Assembly: GCA_964590395.1 (NCBI GenBank)
Contig: CAZPVT010000021.1
Location: forward strand, 1,329 to 65,328
Length of the DNA: 64,000 nt
Reading direction: 5' to 3'
Origin: an uncultured bacterium
GTDB lineage: Bacteria; Hydrothermota; Tepidihabitantia; Tepidihabitantales; Tepidihabitantaceae
The notes under the pieces were generated by a model that did not search any database, was not told the DNA's origin, and saw nothing but the letters and a program-made list of their open reading frames with translations. Every line of letters begins with the position of its first letter. The first letter of the stretch is position 1. The position numbers were made by a program, and so were the translations under genes. Below, in pieces: positions 54,419 to 64,000 of this stretch.

Positions 54419-57400
54419 GGCGGCGTTTTTTCTACTTTCTGGGCGGAATAGTTGCTATTCTGAGCGGTCTGGCTTTCGGCGGCGAGGTTGTTGAGACCCT
54501 TCTCTTCTCTGCTGATTTTCTGGAGATACGGGAAGGTGATTACGGAGGGATGGTGAGTTTTAAGGATGGGGAGTTGATAGGTGAGCCGGGTTTGCCTGCA
54601 CTGCCCAGACTGGGTAGAAGTATTCCTTTACCAGCCGAGGCAGTTCCGGTTAGGGTCAGGGTGGTGAATGTTACTTTTGAGACCCTGCCGGGCAGTTTCA
54701 AAGTTGCACCGGTTCAGCCCCCGGCAATTCTCTGTTTGCGTTCAGTGCCGGATCCGGTTGAGCCTGATTGGCTGGTTTATCAGCAGGAGCGGTTTTATCC
54801 TGAGTCACTCTGTATAATTGCAGGGCAGGGTGAATGGGGAGAGCGTTCGATGGTGGCTTTGCTTATTGCGCCGGTGCAGTATCTGCCCGCAAAAGGTCTT
54901 TTGCGCCGGGTAAAGGAGATGAGGGTGGCGGTTGAATATGAGCCGGGCTCTGGTTATATGCCACGGAGGCTCAGAGATGGAGAGGGTTTGAGTTATCTTG
55001 TGGTAACCGGTAGGGGGCTGGACACCGTTTTTAGTGACCTGTGCCGGTGGCGATGGCTGACCGGACTCAGTGCAGGGGTCAGGGATATTGACTGGATTTT
55101 AGCCCGTTATCCGGGCAGGGATGGTGCGGAGAGATTGCGCAATTATCTTAAAATCTGTGCCCGGGATTCAGGTCTTGAGTACCTTCTGTTGGGTGGTGAT
55201 GTGGAGATAGTACCGGTGCGGAAGGCGTTTGCCTTTGCTTCTAATGCCGGGATTCATTTGCGCGAGGACTCTTTACCCTGTGATCTGTATTATGCGGATC
55301 TGAATGGTGACTGGGATGAGAATCAGAATCAGGTTTTTGGGGAGGTGGCGGACCGCATAGATTTATATCCGGATATATATGTAGGCAGGACACCGGTTAA
55401 GGATGCAGGTGAAGCCCGGGCATTTATTAATAAAGTTATTTCCTATGAACAGCCCGGTGATGGCCGGTATCAGCACCGCGCGGTTTTTTCTGCTGCGGTC
55501 CTCTGGGATGAGCCTTATACTGATGGGGCGGTTGCCAAGGAGCGGATCCGTCTCCGCTGTCTGCCTGAGCATTTTGATGTGCGCACCCTTTATGAGTCCC
55601 GGACCAGGATAACAGTAGATACCGCACTGGTGATGCTTGATGCAGGGTTTGGTATCTTCAACCATTGCGGACACGGCTGGATTGATGCGCTGGCGTTGAG
55701 TCATAATGCCATTCTCCGTAACCGGGATGTGGACAGATTGAGCAATCTCAACTCGCCGGGTATCGGTTACTCAATTGGTTGCTGGACTGCGGCATTTGAT
55801 TTTGATGCGATCGGTGAGCATTTTGTGCTTAATCCAGCGGGGGGTGGGGTGGCATTTATTGGTCACTCCTCTTACGGCTGGGGTGCGCCGGGTAATCCGG
55901 GGTTTGGTTATTCAGACCGGTTTGACGAGCGTTTCTTTTATGAGTTATTCAGATCACCGGATGGTCGGCTGGGTGAGATTTTTGCCCGGACAAAGAGCTA
56001 TTTTATTCCTTTCAGCCAGGAGTCAAATGTCTATCGCTGGCATCAGTTCTGCCTTAATCTTTTAGGCGATCCGGCAATGCGGGTTTACACCGATACCCTG
56101 CGGACCCTTTCTGTTCTTAAACCGGGTAGTGTCGGGGTCGGTGCGGAGTTCACACGGATAACGGTGTTAAGCCGGGCTGGACCGGTGAGTAATGCAACGG
56201 TGAGTTTGAGTAGCGATACGGCTGTCTATTCAGCTCAGACCGGTACAGATGGTACCGCAGTTGTCAAGCATCCTCCAATGCCGCCGGGCAGGGTGGATCT
56301 GCTTGTTACCGCAGATAACCACTATCCGGTTTTTGACTCTTTAACTGTAACTCGCGGTCCCAGTATCAGTTTGACCGGGTTGAAGGTTGTGGATTCTATG
56401 GGCGATAACAACGGTTATGTCTCGGCTGGAGAGGAGTTTTTTCTCCGGTTGGAGTTTCAAAATACCGGCGCTGCGCCCTCAACACAACTGCGCTGGTACA
56501 TTACGGTTGTTAATTCTCCTTACTTTGTTATTGACTCCAGTCCGGGTGAGTTGCCGGGGCTTAATCCGGGAGAGAGGGGTTCAGTTTGTTCTCCTCGGTG
56601 CCGGATAGTGGCTGATGCGCCCAACGGTGTGGTGGGGCTGTTTAAGGTGATCATCACCGACCAGTTTCAGACGGTGTGGCAGATTCCTTTTGTCCTTCAG
56701 GTGGCGATGCCCGAAGTTAAGGTTGCCGGTTACATTTTAGAGCCCAGGGGGGAGACTACCGGGGTCTGGATTAAGGTGGTCAATCTGGGTTTGGCACCAG
56801 CAACAAGTCCTACCGGCACACTTTTTAAGCCGGATCCGGCTCAGCCGATTAAATTGATTACACCCGGTCTTATCTTCCCTCCGATTCCGGCAGGAGAGAC
56901 AGCCTGGTCGTTGACACCGGTGAGGGTGATCACTCGCTTACCTGTTGTCCGGATAGGGGTAAACATCGTTGCAGATGGATATCGGTTCAGTGATACCCTT
57001 TGTCTTTCGTTGCTACCAGCAGGTTTAAGCGCGAATTTTGATGATGGTTATGAGGGCTGGAGTTTTACCGGGACAGGTATTAACTGGAGTCTTTCTTCCC
57101 GAAGGAGTTCTTCTTTGCCTTACTCGCTTTATACCGGTGATGAGGCAGGTAACTATCCGGATAACTGTACCTGCTATGCGGTTTCCCCCTGGTTTCTACT
57201 GCCCAACTCCGCCCGCCTCAGTTTTTACCGCTGGTATTCGGTGCCCACCTATGGTGCGGACGGACTTTATGTGATCATCCAGACTGTAGAGGGAGAGGAT
57301 ACCCTGGACTTCATCGGTGCGGGTGGTGCGCTGGGACAGGGGCAGGGTTTGATTGTGTCTGACTGGTTATGCCAGTCCTATGACCTCAAGGATTATTCTG

Positions 57401-57813
57401 CAGGTGATTCTGCCCGTCTGGTGTTTGTGTTTGTTGCTGACGGGGACAATTCATCCGGTGAGGGGTTTTACCTTGACGATATCAATGTTCAGTCTGCTGA
57501 ATCGTTGTCTCGGCCGGTGCCGGATCGAAGTCAAATAGTTAATCTTTTTCCTAATCCGTTTTCAGGTAGCACTACCATTATGTTTTCAACATTGGGAGCG
57601 GAGCCAGTTCGCCTGGCAATTTTTGACCTGACGGGCAGGAGACTGCGCACTCTGTTTGAAGGCAGGGTTAACCCGAGTTACCATTCGGTTTTCTGGGATG
57701 GCACCGATGAGCGGCGCCGGCGTTTGCCTGCGGGGGTCTATTTTCTTAAACTGGATAGAGGTGAATTTTTAACTACCGAATGCTGTTTTAAGATAATTAA
57801 ACTGGCAGAATGA
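54415..57813 (+). CDS. secreted C25 (gingipain-like) cysteine peptidase with FlgD-Ig-like C-terminal domain
   Basis: Propeptide PGLPALP; YLLLGGD, DLYYADL, VGR; catalytic NHCGHG and IGCW; NLLGDP; PNPF...WDGTD...GVYF. Confidence 0.9.
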   Translation: MRRRFFYFLGGIVAILSGLAFGGEVVETLLFSADFLEIREGDYGGMVSFKDGELIGEPGLPALPRLGRSIPLPAEAVPVRVRVVNVTFETLPGSFKVAPVQPPAILCLRSVPDPVEPDWLVYQQERFYPESLCIIAGQGEWGERSMVALLIAPVQYLPAKGLLRRVKEMRVAVEYEPGSGYMPRRLRDGEGLSYLVVTGRGLDTVFSDLCRWRWLTGLSAGVRDIDWILARYPGRDGAERLRNYLKICARDSGLEYLLLGGDVEIVPVRKAFAFASNAGIHLREDSLPCDLYYADLNGDWDENQNQVFGEVADRIDLYPDIYVGRTPVKDAGEARAFINKVISYEQPGDGRYQHRAVFSAAVLWDEPYTDGAVAKERIRLRCLPEHFDVRTLYESRTRITVDTALVMLDAGFGIFNHCGHGWIDALALSHNAILRNRDVDRLSNLNSPGIGYSIGCWTAAFDFDAIGEHFVLNPAGGGVAFIGHSSYGWGAPGNPGFGYSDRFDERFFYELFRSPDGRLGEIFARTKSYFIPFSQESNVYRWHQFCLNLLGDPAMRVYTDTLRTLSVLKPGSVGVGAEFTRITVLSRAGPVSNATVSLSSDTAVYSAQTGTDGTAVVKHPPMPPGRVDLLVTADNHYPVFDSLTVTRGPSISLTGLKVVDSMGDNNGYVSAGEEFFLRLEFQNTGAAPSTQLRWYITVVNSPYFVIDSSPGELPGLNPGERGSVCSPRCRIVADAPNGVVGLFKVIITDQFQTVWQIPFVLQVAMPEVKVAGYILEPRGETTGVWIKVVNLGLAPATSPTGTLFKPDPAQPIKLITPGLIFPPIPAGETAWSLTPVRVITRLPVVRIGVNIVADGYRFSDTLCLSLLPAGLSANFDDGYEGWSFTGTGINWSLSSRRSSSLPYSLYTGDEAGNYPDNCTCYAVSPWFLLPNSARLSFYRWYSVPTYGADGLYVIIQTVEGEDTLDFIGAGGALGQGQGLIVSDWLCQSYDLKDYSAGDSARLVFVFVADGDNSSGEGFYLDDINVQSAESLSRPVPDRSQIVNLFPNPFSGSTTIMFSTLGAEPVRLAIFDLTGRRLRTLFEGRVNPSYHSVFWDGTDERRRRLPAGVYFLKLDRGEFLTTECCFKIIKLAE

Positions 57814-58760
57814 AAAAGGAGAGTTTGGTTTACGGGCCGGTTTTGTCCCGGCGTCTGGGTAGGTCATTGGGAATAAATCTCACTCCCCATAAGACCTGTT
57901 CATTTGACTGCTGTTACTGCCAGTGTGGTAGAACTACGGTCCGGACCGTGCGCCGGGGTTCTTATGTGCAGATTGCGGGTCTGCTTGAACAGGTGCGGGA
58001 GGCAACTGCAAAGTTTGAGGTTGATTATTTGACCCTTTCCGGAAGCGGTGAACCAACACTGAATCGGGATATAGGTAAAATTATCCGCAGGTTAAAGGAG
58101 GAGTTTCGAATCCCGGTTGCGGTGATTACCAATGCAACCCTTTTGTCCAATCCAGAGATTCGGCGCGCCCTCTACGCTGCGGATCTGGTTGTCCCCACCC
58201 TATCAGCAGCCGATGAAAAGGTATTCCGGCGCCTGCACCGACCCTGTCCTGGGGTCCGCCTCGCCGCGGTTATTTACGGCTTGAAGGTTTTTCGGCGTTA
58301 TTTTTCCGGAAAGATCTATCTGGAGATAATGTTGGTAAAGGATGTTAATGATGCACCGGAGCACTTAATGAAACTCCGCCGGCTTGTCTGGGAGATAAAG
58401 CCGGATCTGGTACATCTTAATACCGTGGTTCGTCCTCCGGCAGATAAATCTGCCCGGCCGCTGTCTGATGATGAGCTGAATCAAGTCCGTATGCTTTTTG
58501 GCGGCGATGCCCAGATTGCCATCTCTTCGGTCGATTTCAGGTCGAGCCGAGTACACACGGCAACCGCTCAGGCGGTTTTACAGGTGATTCGTAGTCGTCC
58601 GGTAACAGCCGCGGAGTTATCTGTTGCCCTGGGGGTTAGCCAATCTGTCCTGCGCCGCATACTGAGCGAACTGGAAAGAAATGGTTCGGTTAAAAAGATG
58701 AACTACCGCGGCGCGGTATTCTATGAACCCAACAGCTGGTTGGCTGAGGGTGAGATTTAA
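57810..58760 (+). CDS. radical SAM protein (TYW1-like family) with C-terminal winged HTH
   Basis: YGPV.SRRLGRSLGIN, CSFDCCYCQ, SGSGEPTL. Confidence 0.88.
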   Translation: MKKESLVYGPVLSRRLGRSLGINLTPHKTCSFDCCYCQCGRTTVRTVRRGSYVQIAGLLEQVREATAKFEVDYLTLSGSGEPTLNRDIGKIIRRLKEEFRIPVAVITNATLLSNPEIRRALYAADLVVPTLSAADEKVFRRLHRPCPGVRLAAVIYGLKVFRRYFSGKIYLEIMLVKDVNDAPEHLMKLRRLVWEIKPDLVHLNTVVRPPADKSARPLSDDELNQVRMLFGGDAQIAISSVDFRSSRVHTATAQAVLQVIRSRPVTAAELSVALGVSQSVLRRILSELERNGSVKKMNYRGAVFYEPNSWLAEGEI

Positions 58761-58840
58761 TATGTCAACCATCGGGGGGGCGGGCGCAACCCAATTGCTT
58801 CCGCAGGCTTGACTCTCGTTTTGACCGTTCTTATAATAGA

Positions 58841-59287
58841 ATGGTGAAGGTAGTTGCCACAAACCGGAAGGCGCTACGGGATTATACCGTTTACGAGAAA
58901 ATTGAGGCCGGGATTGCCCTTGCGGGAACCGAGGTGAAATCACTGCGGGAAGGGGGCGCCGCATTAAATGGCGGTTATGCGGTGGTGGAGGATGGGGAGG
59001 TCTATCTTTATGATGTTAATATCGCGCCGTATCGTCAGGGTAATATCTTTAACCGTGATCCCAGACGGCGCCGAAAACTTTTGTTCCACAAGGATGAGAT
59101 CAAACGGCTGTTTGGCAAAACCACACTGCGCGGTTTCACCCTGATTCCGCTACGGCTGTATTTCAATGAGCGGGGAATCGCCAAAGTGGAGCTAGCACTA
59201 TGTAAAGGTAAGAAGGCAATTGACCGGCGCGAGGAGTTGAAGCGTCGAGAAATGGAGCGGGACGAAAGACAATGGCGTTCAGGATAG
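58841..59287 (+). CDS. smpB: SsrA-binding protein
   Basis: NRKA, EAGIALAGTEVKSLR, RRRKLL.HK.EI, KGKK..DRRE; start may be GTG 58844. Confidence 0.98.
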   Translation: MVKVVATNRKALRDYTVYEKIEAGIALAGTEVKSLREGGAALNGGYAVVEDGEVYLYDVNIAPYRQGNIFNRDPRRRRKLLFHKDEIKRLFGKTTLRGFTLIPLRLYFNERGIAKVELALCKGKKAIDRREELKRREMERDERQWRSG

Positions 59288-60696
59288 CACCGGTAATAAA
59301 GGGAGACCGTCTTGTCGTGCTGCTCCTTTGGTTTTGTTGGACGGCACCGGTTGTGGCTGGTACCAAGGTCGTCAATGGTATTGAGTATGTGCCGCTGAGT
59401 GTGGTGGTCAGCCAGTTGGGTGGCAAGTGCTGGTATATTTCTGCTGACGCCGGGAGCGGTCGGTTCATTACGGTGATTCCGAGGGCGGACTCGCTCGGCT
59501 CCGAATACACCTTTCTGCCAGACAGTAATCAGGTCATCCACAACGGTAGAAAGATGAGGTTACCTCTGCCGACGATCTGGGAAGGAAGTTCGGCGCCCCA
59601 GCTGTATCTACCCACCGTGGTTGCCGCAGCGATTTTTCCGGAACTGGATGTACCGGTCCTCAATACCCTCGAGACTGACCGGGCAAAGGATACGCTGGTC
59701 GTCCGCCTACTCCTCAATCCGTTTCAGAAGAAATCCGGTCCCCTCCTCTATCATCGGGAAAAGGTGTCTGCGCTGGAATTCCGGCTGACCATCGGTTGCC
59801 GGATTGATTCGGGCTTTGTTCAACAACTGCAACTGCTCGCCTTAACCGGCACTCATACTCCACTTAATGGGATAAAACTTGACCCGAGTACGCCGAGCAC
59901 CAGATTAGTCTGGTCATTTCGCCAGCCGATGGCAGAAACGGTCATCCCCCTGAGCAACGGACTGGAGGTACGGATTTTTCCCCAAGCACGGCGGCGGGTA
60001 ACCAAAATTCTGCTCGATCCCGGACATGGGGGCAAAGACCCTGGGGCATTAGGAAGACGGGGAACCAAGGAGAAAGAGATTGTCCTGGACATTACCCAGC
60101 GAGTTAAATCCCGGCTTTTTAAAAAGGGTTTTGAAATTTATATCACGCGGGAGCGAGACGATTATGTCTCCCTGGCAGAAAGGGCAGAGCAGGCGGTAAA
60201 AAGTGGCGCGCAGATATTTGTGAGCATTCATGCCAACTGGGCGGAGAATCGGACGGCGCGGGGAATCGAAACTTATTTCTTATCCGAAGCGAAGACCGAT
60301 TGGGAGCGGGCGGTGGCAACCCGGGAAAATGCGGTTTTTGAGCGGGAAATTGCTAACCCGCTGCTGAAGAAAGATGACAGACTTAGCCTGATCCTTGCGG
60401 ACCTCGCCCAGAATGAGTTCCTCTTTGAATCCAGCGAACTGGCGGCGAAAATTCAGGGGGCGGCGATAGGTTTTGTCCACGCCAATGACCGTGGGGTGCG
60501 CCAGGCAAATTTCTATGTTCTGCGCAATATCTTTATGCCCGCGGTGCTGGTGGAGTGTGGCTATTTGAGCAACAAAAGTGAGGAGCAACTCCTGCGCAAA
60601 CCAGAATACCGGGCAAAAGTCGCCCAGGCGATTGCGGATGGCATCGCGGATTTCGCCGCCGAATACGAAAAACGTCTCAATGGCGAACGGAAATAG
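59272..60696 (+). CDS. N-acetylmuramoyl-L-alanine amidase (Amidase_3)
   Basis: LDPGHGGKDPGA, FVSIHAN, PAVLVECGYLSN. Confidence 0.93.
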   Translation: MAFRIAPVIKGDRLVVLLLWFCWTAPVVAGTKVVNGIEYVPLSVVVSQLGGKCWYISADAGSGRFITVIPRADSLGSEYTFLPDSNQVIHNGRKMRLPLPTIWEGSSAPQLYLPTVVAAAIFPELDVPVLNTLETDRAKDTLVVRLLLNPFQKKSGPLLYHREKVSALEFRLTIGCRIDSGFVQQLQLLALTGTHTPLNGIKLDPSTPSTRLVWSFRQPMAETVIPLSNGLEVRIFPQARRRVTKILLDPGHGGKDPGALGRRGTKEKEIVLDITQRVKSRLFKKGFEIYITRERDDYVSLAERAEQAVKSGAQIFVSIHANWAENRTARGIETYFLSEAKTDWERAVATRENAVFEREIANPLLKKDDRLSLILADLAQNEFLFESSELAAKIQGAAIGFVHANDRGVRQANFYVLRNIFMPAVLVECGYLSNKSEEQLLRKPEYRAKVAQAIADGIADFAAEYEKRLNGERK

Positions 60697-60698
60697 GT

Positions 60699-61700
60699 AT
60701 GCCATCGGCAACTGTTAATATCAAGCGGTTTCACCGTATTGCCTCACAGCGGCTTTTTGGGAAAAGACTGGATGTCTATCTGGTGCTGTCCGGTCTGGGG
60801 GTTTCGCGCAGCCGGGCAGCACAGCTGATTAACGTCGGCAAGGTGCGGGTCAATGGCGAAACAGTAAAACCCAGTTATCGGGTAAAGCCCGGTGATGAAA
60901 TTTGCGCCGAATTTGAGCCGGAACCGGAGCGGACAATTGAACCCCAACCGATGATATTGAACATCGTCTATGAGGATGAGGATGTTGTTGTCATTGACAA
61001 GCCGGGAGGGGTGGTGGTGCATCCAGCGCGGGGTAACCGTTCTGGCACACTGGTGCAGGGAGTGCTTTATCATTGCCAGCTTCTTCCTATACGCGCGGAC
61101 TCGCCGTTACGGCCCGGTGTTGTCCATCGGCTGGACAAGGATACCACCGGATTACTGGTGTTTGCCAAAACCGATACCGCGCTGCGCCACTTGGGTGCCC
61201 AGATTGAGCAACGCACGGTTCTACGCGAGTACCTGGCATTTGCTTGGGGTGATTTTGAACTACCCTCGGGCACCATTGATGCGCCGATTGGCCGGCATAC
61301 GATCGACCGGCAGCGGATGGCGGTTACGCCCTTTGCCGCGCGCCTCGCAGTAACCAACTTTGAGGTACTCCGGCGGTATGCGATTTGTACCTATCTCCGG
61401 CTCCGGCTGAAAACGGGTAGAACTCATCAAATACGGGTGCATCTCCAGCATATCGGTCATCCAGTGGTCGGTGATCCGGACTACGGTGGTCGCAGTTGGC
61501 AGTGTATTACTCAGCGTGACCAGATACCAATTTTAAAAGAGATCCTTTCTCGCGTCAAACGCCAAGCGCTCCATGCCGCCCGCCTCGGATTTGTCCATCC
61601 CCGAACCAAAAAGTTCCTTGAGTTTAACTCGCCTCTGCCCCCGGATTTGGAAGGCCTGCTGGTGTATCTGGAAGAACTGCGTCAGCAAAGGGTGTTGTGA
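60699..61700 (+). CDS. rluD: RluA-family pseudouridine synthase (RluD-like, S4 domain)
   Basis: RLDVYL S4 domain, VHRLDKDTTG, TGRTHQIRVH, RQALHA. Confidence 0.93.
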   Translation: MPSATVNIKRFHRIASQRLFGKRLDVYLVLSGLGVSRSRAAQLINVGKVRVNGETVKPSYRVKPGDEICAEFEPEPERTIEPQPMILNIVYEDEDVVVIDKPGGVVVHPARGNRSGTLVQGVLYHCQLLPIRADSPLRPGVVHRLDKDTTGLLVFAKTDTALRHLGAQIEQRTVLREYLAFAWGDFELPSGTIDAPIGRHTIDRQRMAVTPFAARLAVTNFEVLRRYAICTYLRLRLKTGRTHQIRVHLQHIGHPVVGDPDYGGRSWQCITQRDQIPILKEILSRVKRQALHAARLGFVHPRTKKFLEFNSPLPPDLEGLLVYLEELRQQRVL

Positions 61701-61710
61701 ATTGAACGTT

Positions 61711-62469
61711 ATGGTTTACAGTTGGTTTCGGTGGTTATCGGTGGTCATTATGGTTGTTTCGTGTCGGTCAATACCCAAGAACCTGCCCGAGTTAACGCCG
61801 CCGGACTGGCAGGATGGTGAAATCGCGGTCTATAATGTGATGCGCAACGACACGGTCTTATTCCGGCGCGTGGTCACCTTAGACTATGACGAAGAGGCAG
61901 GAGAGCCGACTTTAGTGTTTACCAACACGGTTCAGTCGGAATCAGCACCGTTTTACTTCTTTGATTCCACTACTTTTGCCCTGGCTCGTTTTACCTTGAA
62001 ACCGCTCTGGCTTACCCGCACCGTGGCTACGGAGATTTCGGTTTCAGAAGTCGAGGCAGAGTTTGAGTCCCAGCGGGTTCACTTACGCAAACAGACCATT
62101 GACGGTGAAACCGAAATGAGTATCAAGGCTCACCGGAACACCCTGGCGATTGAAATGGTGCCGATGTTTTGCCGTGCGATTCCGCTCGAGCCGGCACTGA
62201 GTTTTGTTGTCCAGGCGGCTGTCCCGCTGGAGATGCGCGACATTTTGGTCCGGGTCAAGGTGCTGGGGACAAAGTCGATCGCAACACCGCTCGGCGAGAT
62301 TCTCTGTCGCGAGGTGGAGGCGGTTGCGCCGGGGAGGAATTTGCGTTTTGCCTATGAGCTGGCTGAACCGCACCGGCTGATTGCCATCCGTGACTTTGAA
62401 AACGCTACTGAGACCATACTTACCGAGTTCTATGTCAATCCTACTTCGTTTCCACTACCCGAGGAGTAG
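61711..62469 (+). CDS. hypothetical lipoprotein
   Basis: Lipobox-like IMVVSC after a hydrophobic stretch; start moved to ATG 61711. Confidence 0.6.
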   Translation: MVYSWFRWLSVVIMVVSCRSIPKNLPELTPPDWQDGEIAVYNVMRNDTVLFRRVVTLDYDEEAGEPTLVFTNTVQSESAPFYFFDSTTFALARFTLKPLWLTRTVATEISVSEVEAEFESQRVHLRKQTIDGETEMSIKAHRNTLAIEMVPMFCRAIPLEPALSFVVQAAVPLEMRDILVRVKVLGTKSIATPLGEILCREVEAVAPGRNLRFAYELAEPHRLIAIRDFENATETILTEFYVNPTSFPLPEE

Positions 62470-62474
62470 ATGGG

Positions 62475-64000
62475 TTACTCTACAGTTACCGATTTTGCCA
62501 GGTTTCTCGGTTTGTCAACATCACAGCCCCGTAAGACGGCGATGTGATAGGCAAGTAGTTGTAGCGGCGGGGCGACGATGATCGGTGCGAGATACTCGGG
62601 GGTCGGTGGTAGATAGATCACGGTCTCAGCGATCTCCTCTAAACTGTGGTCTCCTTCCGTACCTAAGGCGATTATCCGCCCCCGACGTGCTTTGGCTTCG
62701 GTGAGATTGGAGATCATCTTGTCGTAATAAGAGTCGCGGGGTACGATCCCAATCACTGGTACATTTTCGTCAATAAGTGAGATCGGTCCGTGTTTCATCT
62801 CGCCGGCAGGGTAACCGGTAGCGTGGACATAGGCGATCTCTTTAAGTTTCAGTGCTCCTTCTAAGGCACTGGGATAATTGATTCCACGACCGATAAAGAT
62901 AAAATCCCGTGCCTGAGCAAGGCTTTTTGCCAGGATCTTTATTTGCCGGTCAAATGCCAGTGTCGCGGCAACCTGCTTGGGCAAGCGGTATAGTTCTTTA
63001 TATAACTGCTGGAACCGGCTCTCGTTGAGCGTGCGCCTGATTTTGGCAAAGTACAGTGCCAGCGTTAGCAGGGAAAGGATCTGGGCGGTGTATGCCTTGG
63101 TGGAGGCGACACCAATCTCGGGTCCGGCATGGATATACAATGTGGCATCCGCCTCGCGGGCGATTGAGGAACGGAATACATTAAGGATACCCAAAGTTTT
63201 TATGCCCCGTTGCTGTGCCTCGCGGAGCGCGGCTAATGTATCGGCGGTTTCTCCGGATTGACTGATTGCCAGCATCAGGGTGCCATTCTCATCATATAGG
63301 TACTCGGATGTCCGCAGTTCGGAACTGATTTCTACTGTGGTGGGAATCCGGCAGAACTTCTCAAAATAGTATCTACCCACCAGCCCGGCATGGTAAGAGG
63401 TGCCACAAGCCTGAATGACCAGACGGGCGATCTTCTCGATAAAGTCGGGATAGAAGATTGTCTCCGGGTCAAGCACGATCGTACCGTTACGGAACCGCCG
63501 GCGCAGGTTCTCTACCAGCACCCTGGGTTGTTCAAAGATCTCCTTGCGCATAAAATGAGGATAGCGTCCTTTGGAAACCTCCTTGGGTTTGAGTGCAATC
63601 GATAACGGAACCCGGGCTACTTTTTTATTACGATCAGTCCAGATTTCAACCTGGCGCCGGGATACAACCGCAATATCGCCATCCTGCAGAACGATCATCT
63701 TCCGTGCCAGACCGATCAGTGCCGGTATATCGGAGGCAACAAGAAACTCATCCCGGCCAATACCGATGAGAAGAGGTGATCCCTTTTTTACCGCATAGAA
63801 GCGGTCAGTTTCCTCGGCGTTGATTACTACTAAGGCATATGTCCCTTGCAATTTACTGATGCTGAAGCGCAAAGCCTGGAGAAAGTTACGCCGCTCTTTT
63901 TTGTGCTGATAAAAGGACTCAATCAGATGAATAATGACCTCGGTATCGGTAGTGGAAGCAAAACGATGGCCTTCAGCGATCAGTTTTTTTCTTAACTCCC
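62475..64000 (-). CDS. glmS: glutamine--fructose-6-phosphate aminotransferase (5' part outside the window)
   Basis: Frame open to the window edge (F.STTDTEVI); SQSGETADT, EIGVASTKAY, EGALKLKE, PRNLAKSVTVE. Confidence 0.97.
   Translation of the reverse strand, partial: ELRKKLIAEGHRFASTTDTEVIIHLIESFYQHKKERRNFLQALRFSISKLQGTYALVVINAEETDRFYAVKKGSPLLIGIGRDEFLVASDIPALIGLARKMIVLQDGDIAVVSRRQVEIWTDRNKKVARVPLSIALKPKEVSKGRYPHFMRKEIFEQPRVLVENLRRRFRNGTIVLDPETIFYPDFIEKIARLVIQACGTSYHAGLVGRYYFEKFCRIPTTVEISSELRTSEYLYDENGTLMLAISQSGETADTLAALREAQQRGIKTLGILNVFRSSIAREADATLYIHAGPEIGVASTKAYTAQILSLLTLALYFAKIRRTLNESRFQQLYKELYRLPKQVAATLAFDRQIKILAKSLAQARDFIFIGRGINYPSALEGALKLKEIAYVHATGYPAGEMKHGPISLIDENVPVIGIVPRDSYYDKMISNLTEAKARRGRIIALGTEGDHSLEEIAETVIYLPPTPEYLAPIIVAPPLQLLAYHIAVLRGCDVDKPRNLAKSVTVE

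Overview
Mostly housekeeping chromosome from a diderm, probably anaerobic bacterium. Several secreted Kelch, LVIVD, BNR and gingipain-like proteins with T9SS-type or FlgD-Ig C-terminal tails suggest an FCB-related lineage such as WOR-3; this is inference, not a lookup. The window opens on the 5' end of a 16S rRNA gene (minus strand, with promoter and boxA). It then contains groESL, tRNA-Val(TAC), an Rrf2-ferredoxin-hcp operon, murJ, and a T4P/T2SS-like cluster (4 pilins, fused PilM-PilN, PilO, secretin, PilT, PilD). Further on are serA-DUF1015-DRG GTPase, ppdK-pckA, a NikR operon, uvrC, rtcB, a sigma54 activator, tldD-tldE-Lon-like protease, hisC, cca, a C25 peptidase, smpB, an amidase, rluD and a partial glmS. 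Most notable unexplained signals: (1) two intergenic, strand-skewed arrays with an AC dinucleotide in strict 12-bp register (about 11727-11966 and 28990-29145), each best conserved next to an AT-rich leader with an IHF-like site; (2) a sigma54 promoter with enhancer sites driving a ~130-nt ORF-poor RNA right behind its activator gene; (3) a NikR-operator-controlled pair of small membrane proteins, a candidate new nickel transporter. All calls come from motif recognition by eye; no database searches were run.
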